Below, piece by piece: positions 1 to 7,774 of a DNA stretch of 64,000 nt (position 1 is its first letter; every line of letters starts with the position of its first letter). A program made the translations under genes and the position numbers. Source of the stretch: Dehalococcoidia bacterium (lineage in GTDB: Bacteria; Chloroflexota; Dehalococcoidia; UBA2979); the NCBI GenBank assembly GCA_965219085.1, contig OZ244720.1:1152001-1216000 (forward strand). Reading direction: 5' to 3'. The notes below the pieces were generated by a model, which was not told the DNA's origin, did no database searches, and saw nothing but the letters and a program-made list of their open reading frames with translations.

Positions 1-531
1 CTCGGACGAGGCGAGCAGGAGCGTGTAGGCAGCCTGTGCCTCAAGCGCCGTCAGCGGGCTCGGCTCGCTCTCAGTCGCGGTCGCGGTCTTGGCGCTGGCA
101 GTCGCGGTCTTGGCGCCCAGCACGCCGGCCAGGGGCAGGACGGCTGCGGCGCGCGCAGCCTTGAATAGGAAGCGGCGGCGCGACGCGTCGAACTTGGTGT
201 CCGACATCGCGTTACGTGCCAGTACGGCGATGCGGTAGGCACGCCGCATTCCGACGAGCTTTACGAGGTCGATGCCGACCCTGTACCCGGTGGTCGTGCG
301 AGCGGAGTCACCATCGAGGTGGAGCAGCGTCGACTCAAACTTCCCGACGTACCCCTTGTAACGCTCGTCGTGCAGGCTGCCGATTTCGAGGATGGAGCCC
401 TTGGTCAGTCCCTCGTCCTCGATTCGCTTGCCGAACTCCGAGCATGGAGCGCATAAGGCGTCCAGTAGCGGGATTGCTTGCTTCTCAATCCCTCCCTTTC
501 GCTGCGGGAAGCAGGCGATCACATACGACAT
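1..531 (-). CDS. Partial ORF (runs off left edge): N-terminal CxxC thioredoxin/DCC1-like segment followed by an internal twin-arginine motif; possible secreted peptide/bacteriocin precursor
   Basis: Manual translation, absent from the ORF track because there is no stop in the window: MSYVIACF...LLDALCAPCSEFG...LEIGSLHD...STLLHLDG...TTGYRVG...VGMRRAYR...FDASRRRFLFKAARAAAVLPLAGVLG; open for 177 codons. Start uncertain. Confidence 0.6.
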   Translation of the reverse strand, partial: MSYVIACFPQRKGGIEKQAIPLLDALCAPCSEFGKRIEDEGLTKGSILEIGSLHDERYKGYVGKFESTLLHLDGDSARTTTGYRVGIDLVKLVGMRRAYRIAVLARNAMSDTKFDASRRRFLFKAARAAAVLPLAGVLGAKTATASAKTATATESEPSPLTALEAQAAYTLLLASSE

Positions 532-555
532 ACATGGTTGCTGGCCATTTGTAAG

Positions 556-592
556 CAGGCTAATGAGAGGGGTGTTGTTGTTCAGCAGCCTG
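556..592. mobile_element. 37-bp mini-element/footprint with CAGGCTGCTGA-type ends
   Basis: caggctaatga (556-566) ... tcagcagcctg (582-592), flanked by TAAG and TTAG; same end motif as the elements at 50028 and 59235. Confidence 0.5.
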
Positions 593-596
593 TTAG

Positions 597-1772
597 GGAA
601 GGTCTGAACAGGTGGCGTATCGGGCGCGGTGCGGGCCGATCGGCGTCCCGAGCCGCGCTGCGGGGGCCGATGCCGCGGTTCAGGGGGCGATCCCGCCCCG
701 ATTCCGCTTCGGGATCGCCTGCGGGAGCGATTCCGGACGCAGCGCTCCCGCGATCAGGCGAGTTGAGGCTCGGCTCGCAACAGGTTCGTGAAGCCGAGCA
801 GCAGCATGAGACGCTGGCGGTTCTTCTCAAGACCCCGGTAGCGGACCTGCGCGTACCCGAAGTGCCGCTTCACGTAGAGAAACGGATGCTCAGCCTTGGC
901 GCGCACCGAGGCCTTGCGCCGCTCCGCCTGCGCCTCCTCGCCCCCCGGCGCCAGCTGCCGCCTGAGACCCGGACGCAGCGCCACCTGCCAGCTCACCTCC
1001 GACCCCGCGTGCTCCGGGCGCTTCTCCACTCCCTGGTAGCCGGCGTCGCCCCACGCCTCCGTCTCGCCCCCGTGCAAGAGGCGATGCGCCTCGGTCACGT
1101 CGGAGACGTTCGCCGCCGTCGTGCTCACGCTGTGGACCAGCCCCGTCCGCGCATCCGTGCCGGTGTGCAGCTTCATCCCGAAGTACCACTGCCGGCCCTT
1201 GCTGGTCTGGTGCATCTCGGGGTCGCGCGCACGCTCGCGGTTCTTCGTCGATGACGGCGCGCTGATGATCGTGGAGTCCACGATCGTGCCCTCGCGCACC
1301 TGCAGACCCTGCCGTGCCAGGTGCGCGTTGATCGTCGCGAACAGCGCCGTTCCCAGCTGATGGCGCTCCAGCAGGTGGCGGAAGTTGAGGATCGTCGTCT
1401 CATCGGGAATCGGCTCGGAGAGGCTGAGACCGGCGAACTCGAGCATCGAGCGGGAGTCGTAGAGTTCCTGCTCCATGCCGGGGTCGCTGAGGTTGAACCA
1501 GAGCTGCAGGCAGTGGATGCGCAGCATCACGCGCAGCGCGTAGGGGCGGCGTCCGCGGCCGCGCTTCGGGTAGACGGGCGCGATGCGCTGCTCCAGCTCA
1601 GCCCAGGGGACGAGCCCGTCCATGCGCTCGAGGAACGCCTGCCGCCTCGTCTTGACCTTCTTGTGCTCGTACTCGACGCTGCCGAACGAACGCTGCTGCA
1701 TGGGCCGCCCCTCTCCGGGTCGCCCCATGATCGCATCTGCTCACCCGCTCAGGCGAGTTGTTCAGACCATCC
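597..1772 (-). mobile_element. IS5-family (IS5 subgroup) insertion sequence
   Basis: Terminal IRs GGAAGGTCTGAACA (597-610) / TGTTCAGACCATCC (1759-1772), 13/14 match; TTAG target duplication at 593-596 and 1773-1776. Confidence 0.93.
754..1701 (-). CDS. IS5-family DDE transposase
   Basis: MQQRSF...TRRQAFLERMDGLVPW...MLRIHCLQLWFNLSD...PDETTILNFRHLLE...WYFGMKLH...DAGYQG...RAKAEHPF are typical IS5 motifs. Confidence 0.95.
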   Translation of the reverse strand: MQQRSFGSVEYEHKKVKTRRQAFLERMDGLVPWAELEQRIAPVYPKRGRGRRPYALRVMLRIHCLQLWFNLSDPGMEQELYDSRSMLEFAGLSLSEPIPDETTILNFRHLLERHQLGTALFATINAHLARQGLQVREGTIVDSTIISAPSSTKNRERARDPEMHQTSKGRQWYFGMKLHTGTDARTGLVHSVSTTAANVSDVTEAHRLLHGGETEAWGDAGYQGVEKRPEHAGSEVSWQVALRPGLRRQLAPGGEEAQAERRKASVRAKAEHPFLYVKRHFGYAQVRYRGLEKNRQRLMLLLGFTNLLRAEPQLA

Positions 1773-1789
1773 TTAGAGCGATGACTGGA

Positions 1790-2230
1790 TCACTTCATGA
1801 GCCGACGTTGACAGTAGGCGTAACGGCTGTGGTCGGCGACGGCGACGTGCACGTAGTCGAGGCTGCGCGTGCGCGGAGTGGTCCGGTCACGGCCATGCAC
1901 GCGGTGCCCGCCGCCCTTGGGGATACGGCCGAGCTTGTTGACGTCGAGATGCGGCAGCTAGCCGCGTGCTCGTATCGCATCTGGCACCTGCTCACGCAGT
2001 GCGGGCGGTGGAGCGGGCGAGGCCCGAGCGTGTTGGCGATGCGGTAGCGGCCAGAGTCTCCGCGACGTCGCACCGCCCAGCGCGCTGTTCGACCTCGAGT
2101 GGCGTGCGCCCGAGGCGGAGTGTGGGGCGGAGGTGCGGTCATCGGCGCCCGGCACGCTCTCCCCGCGGTAGCGTCGTACCCGCATGCTCCATCATCGCCT
2201 ACCGGTGACGCTGTTGAGCCCCGCCCGCAG
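1790..2230 (-). pseudogene. Degenerate IS481-family transposase remnant
   Basis: Frameshifted minus-strand fragments VRRYRGE..DDRTSAPH, RYEH, HLDVNKLGRIPKGGGHRVHGR and LDYVHVAVADHSRYAY resemble IS481 motifs; boundaries approximate. Confidence 0.75.
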
Positions 2231-2393
2231 CTTGGCTTCGGTACGGCGATTCTGAGTTCTGGGCGCTATCTGGGGTCCGATAACTTCTGAGGAACAACGA
2301 CCCCTCGCGCGGCGCCGGAGCCTGCGCTACGCTGGATCGGCGGATGCGCCAAGTCGCCGACCGGCGGCGCGCGAGGGACGGACGAGCCACGAC

Positions 2394-2600
2394 ATGAAGC
2401 TGCTCGATCGCCTGCGAGGTTCCGGACCCGCGGGCAACGTGCCCCCCGCGCAGACCTGTGCACATGAGAACCTCGTCCCACGCTGGCGCGGCCCCGAGGT
2501 CATGGACGACGACGCGCAGGCGATGGGGTTTGTCTGCCACCGCTGCCACAGCGAGTTCCTGCCCTCGGCGGTGGTGAACAGACGGCTGCGCCGCCGCTAG
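2394..2600 (+). CDS. Small hypothetical protein, possible zinc-binding (C-x-H ... CxxC)
   Basis: 68 aa with TCAH and VCHRCH; ATG start, directly upstream of the redoxin operon. Confidence 0.55.
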   Translation: MKLLDRLRGSGPAGNVPPAQTCAHENLVPRWRGPEVMDDDAQAMGFVCHRCHSEFLPSAVVNRRLRRR

Positions 2601-2640
2601 GCGGACGCGCGCCGGCCCACCCGGACGCGCCGGATCCAGG

Positions 2641-3822
2641 GTGAGTACCGTGACCAGCGCCACACTCCGCCTCGCTCGCGGCGCGCTCGCCGACCCCCTG
2701 CACGCTCGCGGTACGCTCGCAGGCCTCGCGCTCGTGGCCGCCGTCCTCGTGGCCTCATGCGGCGCCGGCGACGACGTGGGCGTCGCGCCCGACGGCTCCG
2801 TCACCCCGCAACGCGAACTGACGGGGCTGACCGCCTGGCTCAACTCGGAGCCCCTCACGATCGCCGCGGAGCTCGAGCAGGGCCGCGTCGTGCTCGTCGA
2901 CTTCTGGACCTACACCTGCATCAACTGCATCCGCACGCTGCCTTACCTGCGCGAGTGGCACGAGAAGTACGCCGGCAGCGGCCTCGTCATCGTCGGCGTG
3001 CACGCCCCGGAGTTCGACTTCGAGCACGAGGCAGACAACGTGCTGGCGGCGATGGACCGCCTCGGCGTCGCATGGCCGGTGGCGCAGGACAACGACTTCC
3101 GCACGTGGCGCGCGTTCGAGAACCGCTTCTGGCCCGCCAAGTACCTGTTCGGCGTCGACGGCCGCATCCGCTACTCGCACTTCGGGGAGGGCGACTACCT
3201 CGAGACCGAGGAGGAGATCCGCGCCGCGCTCACCGAGGCCGGTCACGACGTGAGCGCGATCCAGCTCGGCAGCGCCGCACCCGCCCGGGACCCCGACGCC
3301 GGCGCGCAGACCCGCGAACTCTACGGCGGCTACGAGCGCAACTACAGCCCTCGCGGCCTCTACGCCGCGCAGGACGAGTATTACGCCGCCCCGGACCTCG
3401 AGCTTGAGTACGAGGACATCGACACCACCAGGGGCGAACGCGACCACAATCGCTGGTACCTGCAGGGGCTGTGGCGCAACGAGCGCGAGGCGATCGTCCA
3501 CGCGCGCACGACGTCGAACTTCGACGACTACTTCGCGCTCCGCTTCGTCTCGCGCAGCGTGAACGTCGTGCTCAACCCGCCGCCGGGTGAGCCGTTCACC
3601 GTGGTGATCGAGCTCGATGGCCGCGCACTCAACCGCGAGGAGGCGGGCGCGGACATCACGTACGACGAGGCGGGCCGCAGCATCATCGTTGTGACCGAGC
3701 CGCGCGCGTATGCGATCGTGGAACTGCCCGAGTGGGGCGACCACGAGCTCAAGCTGCGCTCCAACTCAGACCACTTCGCGATCTTCGCTCTCACCTTCGG
3801 CAACTACCTGGAGGGCGCATGA
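2641..3822 (+). CDS. DipZ-like redoxin lipoprotein (TlpA-like thioredoxin plus C-terminal beta domain)
   Basis: VLVDFWTYTCINCIRTLP, GVHAPEF, NRFWPAKYL; lipobox-like LVASC; start uncertain. Confidence 0.88.
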   Translation: MSTVTSATLRLARGALADPLHARGTLAGLALVAAVLVASCGAGDDVGVAPDGSVTPQRELTGLTAWLNSEPLTIAAELEQGRVVLVDFWTYTCINCIRTLPYLREWHEKYAGSGLVIVGVHAPEFDFEHEADNVLAAMDRLGVAWPVAQDNDFRTWRAFENRFWPAKYLFGVDGRIRYSHFGEGDYLETEEEIRAALTEAGHDVSAIQLGSAAPARDPDAGAQTRELYGGYERNYSPRGLYAAQDEYYAAPDLELEYEDIDTTRGERDHNRWYLQGLWRNEREAIVHARTTSNFDDYFALRFVSRSVNVVLNPPPGEPFTVVIELDGRALNREEAGADITYDEAGRSIIVVTEPRAYAIVELPEWGDHELKLRSNSDHFAIFALTFGNYLEGA

Positions 3823-5315
3823 CCACCCCGACCCACGACACCGCGCGGCGTCGCGGACGCCTCACCTCGTGGGGCGGCGCGCTGACGCTGCTGGCGCTGC
3901 TCGCAGGCCTCGTCGCCTTCGCCTGCACGAGTGACGATGAGCCGGCGCCGGAGGCTACGAGCACGCCGCGCGCCAGCACCCCGGCGAGGGCGACGCCTCG
4001 CCCCGCGACGCCAACCGCGACCCCAACCCCGACTCCTACCCCGACGGAGGCGGCGCGGCGCGACATGACCTCCTCGACGCAGCGGACAACCCCCACCGCT
4101 ACGCCGACGCCGCCCCCGGCGGCAACGGCCACGCCGCCGCTCGCGGCGACACCCCGGCCGGCCACCGCTACCCCGACGCCAAGGCCCCGACCCGCGACTG
4201 CCACACCGACCCCTGTGACGGCGCGACCCACCGCCACGCCCACCCCGCGACCTACGCCGACCCCCACTCCGACGCCCACGCCCGAGCCGCCGCGCGTGAC
4301 GCCCGAGGTCGAGGTCACGGGGCTTGGCCGGTGGTTCAACTCGGAGCCGTTCACCATCGGCGAACAGCTGTCGGCCGGGAACGCCGTGCTGATCGACTTC
4401 TGGACGTACACCTGCATCAACTGCGTGCGCACCCTGCCCTACCTGCGCGACTGGCACGACAAGTACGCCGAGCACGGCCTCGTGATCCTCGGCGTGCACC
4501 GCCCCGAGTTCGCCTTCGAGCACAACGCCGACAACGTCGAGGCCGCGATCGAGCGGTTGGACGTGGCCTGGGCGGTCGCGCAGGACAACAACTCCCGCAC
4601 CTGGCGCGCGTTCAACAACCGTTACTGGCCGGCCAAGTACCTCTTCGACACGACCGGGAAGATCGTCTACAACCACTTCGGCGAGGGCCGGTACATCGAG
4701 ACCGAACGCCAGATCCGCGCGGCCCTCACCCGTGCCGGCCGCGACGTAAGCAGCGTACCATTCGGCCGCGGCGACCAGGCGCGCGATCCGGAGCGCCGGA
4801 ACCAGACCCGCGAGCTCTACGGCGGCTATGGCCGCAACTACGGCAGCGTCCAGTACGCCGCCCAGCATGAGTACTACCTCGGCGGGGACCGCGTCGTGGA
4901 GTACGAGGACATCGACACCTCGACGACGTCACGCCAGAACCACAAGTGGTACCTGCAGGGACTGTGGCGCAACGAGCGCGAACAGATCGTGCATGCGCGG
5001 GAGACCACGAACCTGGAGGACTACTTCGCGTTCCTCTTCCGCGCGCGCAGCGTGAACGTGGTCCTCGATCCGCCCACCGGGACGTCTTACGACGTGTACA
5101 TCAAGATCGACGGCAGGCCGCTCACCGAGAGCGAAGCCGGAGCCGACGTAGAGTTCGACGCGGCGGGGAACAGCCTCATCCGCGTCAGCGAGCCACGCCA
5201 CTACGCCATCATCGAGTTGCCCGAGTTCGGCGAGCACGACCTGCAGCTCGCCTCGAACTCCGGCAAGTTCGGGATCTTCGCTCTCACCTTCGGGAGCTAT
5301 CTGGAGGGGCCATGA
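3819..5315 (+). CDS. DipZ-like redoxin lipoprotein paralog with Pro/Thr-rich linker
   Basis: ATGA overlap with the upstream gene; AFAC lipobox; PT repeats; IDFWTYTCINCVRTLP; C-terminus LTFGSYLEGP mirrors the paralog. Confidence 0.88.
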   Translation: MTTPTHDTARRRGRLTSWGGALTLLALLAGLVAFACTSDDEPAPEATSTPRASTPARATPRPATPTATPTPTPTPTEAARRDMTSSTQRTTPTATPTPPPAATATPPLAATPRPATATPTPRPRPATATPTPVTARPTATPTPRPTPTPTPTPTPEPPRVTPEVEVTGLGRWFNSEPFTIGEQLSAGNAVLIDFWTYTCINCVRTLPYLRDWHDKYAEHGLVILGVHRPEFAFEHNADNVEAAIERLDVAWAVAQDNNSRTWRAFNNRYWPAKYLFDTTGKIVYNHFGEGRYIETERQIRAALTRAGRDVSSVPFGRGDQARDPERRNQTRELYGGYGRNYGSVQYAAQHEYYLGGDRVVEYEDIDTSTTSRQNHKWYLQGLWRNEREQIVHARETTNLEDYFAFLFRARSVNVVLDPPTGTSYDVYIKIDGRPLTESEAGADVEFDAAGNSLIRVSEPRHYAIIELPEFGEHDLQLASNSGKFGIFALTFGSYLEGP

Positions 5316-6412
5316 TCCAGCTACTCGCAGGCCGCGCGCCCGCGCGACGCTTCGCGCTCGGCGTGCTGCTCGCAGCCGCGCTCGCCTTCGCCCTCGCATG
5401 CGGGGGCGACGATGGCAGCCAACCCGGCGAGACCACCGACGCGGACGGCGGGGCAGCGACGACCACGCGCGCCACGCGCACGGCCACACCGGCAACAGCG
5501 ACCGGGGCCGCGACCGCCGAGGCAACCCAGGCAGCGGCGACAGGCCACAGCGAGGCGTCCGCGCCTCGGGCCGTGGGGGTGGGCGACGCCGGCTTCGACA
5601 GCGGCTACCCGCGCTTCGTCGACGAAGCAGCGGGCCTCACGGTCGTCTTCGGGACCCCGGACCTCGGCCTCGGTTCGCAGCGCGTCGCGTTCGTGGTCAG
5701 CGACAACCTCGGGCTCGTGAAGCTGCCGATCGTGAGCGTCACCGCCACGTTCAAGGGGGACGCCGAGGTCGGCGCACCCACGCTCGCGAAGTTCTACGAC
5801 TTCCCCGAGGGCATCCGCGGCATCTACGTCACGCAACTGGAGTTCGACCGCACCGGCGAGTGGACGCTCGGCGTCTCGTTCCCGCGGCCCGACGGGTCGA
5901 CGGGTGGGACGAGCTTCCCCGTGCAGGTCGCCGAGCGGACGCACGCCCCGGACGTCGGCGACGCGGTCCCGGCAAGCCGCAACCGCACGCTCGCTGACGT
6001 CGCCTCGATACACGAGCTCTCCACGGGCGCCGAGCCCGACCCCCTGCTGTACGCGCAGACGATCGCCGAGGCGCTTGAGGACGCCCGCCCGCTCGTCGTC
6101 GTGTTCGCCAGCCCGGGCTTCTGCACGAACGCACTCTGCGGGCCGCAGGCCGAGGTGGTGAGCATCCTGCGCGAGCGCTACGCAGGCGACGCGAACTTCA
6201 TCCACGTCGACCTCTACGAGAACCCCGAGGAGATCCGCACCGGCGGCCTCGACCTCGCGATCGAGACGCCGCTGCTCGAGGAGTGGGGCCTCGAGACCGC
6301 CGAGTGGACGTTCATCATCGACGCCGACGGCATCGTCGTGCATCGCTTCGAGGCGTTCGCCGCCGAGTCGGAGATCGAGCAGGCGCTGCGCGAGGTGATC
6401 GAGCGCTCCTGA
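5312..6412 (+). CDS. Lipoprotein with C-terminal thioredoxin-like domain
   Basis: ATGA-coupled; LALAC-type lipobox (FALAC); VVFASPGFCTNALCGP...FIHVDLY...WTFIIDADG. Confidence 0.75.
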   Translation: MIQLLAGRAPARRFALGVLLAAALAFALACGGDDGSQPGETTDADGGAATTTRATRTATPATATGAATAEATQAAATGHSEASAPRAVGVGDAGFDSGYPRFVDEAAGLTVVFGTPDLGLGSQRVAFVVSDNLGLVKLPIVSVTATFKGDAEVGAPTLAKFYDFPEGIRGIYVTQLEFDRTGEWTLGVSFPRPDGSTGGTSFPVQVAERTHAPDVGDAVPASRNRTLADVASIHELSTGAEPDPLLYAQTIAEALEDARPLVVVFASPGFCTNALCGPQAEVVSILRERYAGDANFIHVDLYENPEEIRTGGLDLAIETPLLEEWGLETAEWTFIIDADGIVVHRFEAFAAESEIEQALREVIERS

Positions 6413-6507
6413 GCCCGCCGCCGATTGCCCGGCAGCGCGCGCCGTCGCTGTAGCCTTCGCTGCGCACGCCGCGCCCCGGCCGGGGCGCGGCGAACGGCGA
6501 GGGCTCG

Positions 6508-7737
6508 ATGACCACCACGCGCCAGGACGACACCGCCACCGCCGGGATGTTCGACTCGTTCCGGGCGCCCGGGTTCCTCCGCGCGTGGATCGGCGCGGTG
6601 CTGTTCGCCCTCGGCATCTGGATCGAGCGGCTCGCGATCGGCTGGTTCGTCCTCGACGTGACGGGCTCGGTGTTCCTCGCCGCGCTCTCGCTCGGCATCC
6701 GCTCGATCCCCAACCTCATCCTCGGCCCCGTCGGCGGGGCGGTCTCCGACCGGCTGCCGCGCGGCCGCGTGCTCATGGTCACTTCGCTCGTGCGCGCGGT
6801 GGCGGCGGCGCTCATGGCCGTCGTCGTGGTCATCGACGTGGCGACGGTGCCGCTGCTGCTCGCGCTGGTGTTCGTGACGGCCTCGACGCTCGCGTTCCAC
6901 AACACCTCGTTGCAGCCGCTGCAGGTGGAGCTGGCCGGGCCCGAACGCCTGGGCAGCGCGATCAGCCTCACGTCCTTCGGGCAGCGCTCCGTCGGCGCGG
7001 CCGGGGCGCTCGGCGGTGGCGTGCTCATCGGCACACTCGGCCCCGCGCCCACGTTGATCGTCGCCGCGCTCCCGCTCGCGTTGGCCACGGCGGTCTTCGC
7101 CCGCCTCCCCTCGCCCGCGAAGTCGCCTGTGACGCGCCCGCACCTGGCACGCGACGTGCTCGATGGCCTCCGCCTGCTCGCGCGCACGCCGACGATTCGC
7201 CTGCTGCTCGGGATGATGATCGTCATCGAGATCCTCGGCTTCTCGTTTGCGAGCCTGCTCCCGGCGGTCGCGGAACGGGTGCTCGAGGTGGGACCGGAGC
7301 GCCTCGGCGTGCTCACGGCGGGGATGGCCGTGGGCGCGATGTTCGGTACGGCGCTGCTGGTGGTGACGGCAGACCGGCTGCCACGCGGACCGATGCTGGT
7401 GACCGTGTTCGTGACGTTCGGGGTGCTCGTGGTGGTGCTGGGCAACTCGGATGTGTTCTGGCTCTCCGTCGCCGCCACCGCCGGCATCGGCGCGTCGGCC
7501 GCGATGGTCGACTCGCTCGAGTGGATCATGCTGCAGGCGAGCGTGCACGCCGATGTGCGCGGGCGCGCCCTCGGCGGGTGGAACTTCGCGATCGGCTGGG
7601 GCTGGCTGGGCCCGCTCAGCCTCGGCGCCATCGCCGACGCGACGAGCGTGCCGGCGGCGCTGACGTTGAGCGGGGCGTTGCTCGTGGTGTTCGCATTCGC
7701 GGCGCTCGCCGCCTCGGCGACGCTGCGCGAGCGGTGA
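6508..7737 (+). CDS. MFS transporter
   Basis: About 12 hydrophobic segments; motif A GGAVSDRLPRG; RGRALG in the C-terminal half. Confidence 0.9.
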   Translation: MTTTRQDDTATAGMFDSFRAPGFLRAWIGAVLFALGIWIERLAIGWFVLDVTGSVFLAALSLGIRSIPNLILGPVGGAVSDRLPRGRVLMVTSLVRAVAAALMAVVVVIDVATVPLLLALVFVTASTLAFHNTSLQPLQVELAGPERLGSAISLTSFGQRSVGAAGALGGGVLIGTLGPAPTLIVAALPLALATAVFARLPSPAKSPVTRPHLARDVLDGLRLLARTPTIRLLLGMMIVIEILGFSFASLLPAVAERVLEVGPERLGVLTAGMAVGAMFGTALLVVTADRLPRGPMLVTVFVTFGVLVVVLGNSDVFWLSVAATAGIGASAAMVDSLEWIMLQASVHADVRGRALGGWNFAIGWGWLGPLSLGAIADATSVPAALTLSGALLVVFAFAALAASATLRER

Positions 7738-7774
7738 AGCAACCCATGATACGCTCCCAATCGCAAGGAGTTGA

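Noticed and set aside
3960-4290. Pro/Thr, Asp/Thr and QAEP tandem repeats (also 24960-25680, 41040-41230, 61560-61710)
   Set aside because: Low-complexity linkers in exported proteins, not DNA-level arrays.
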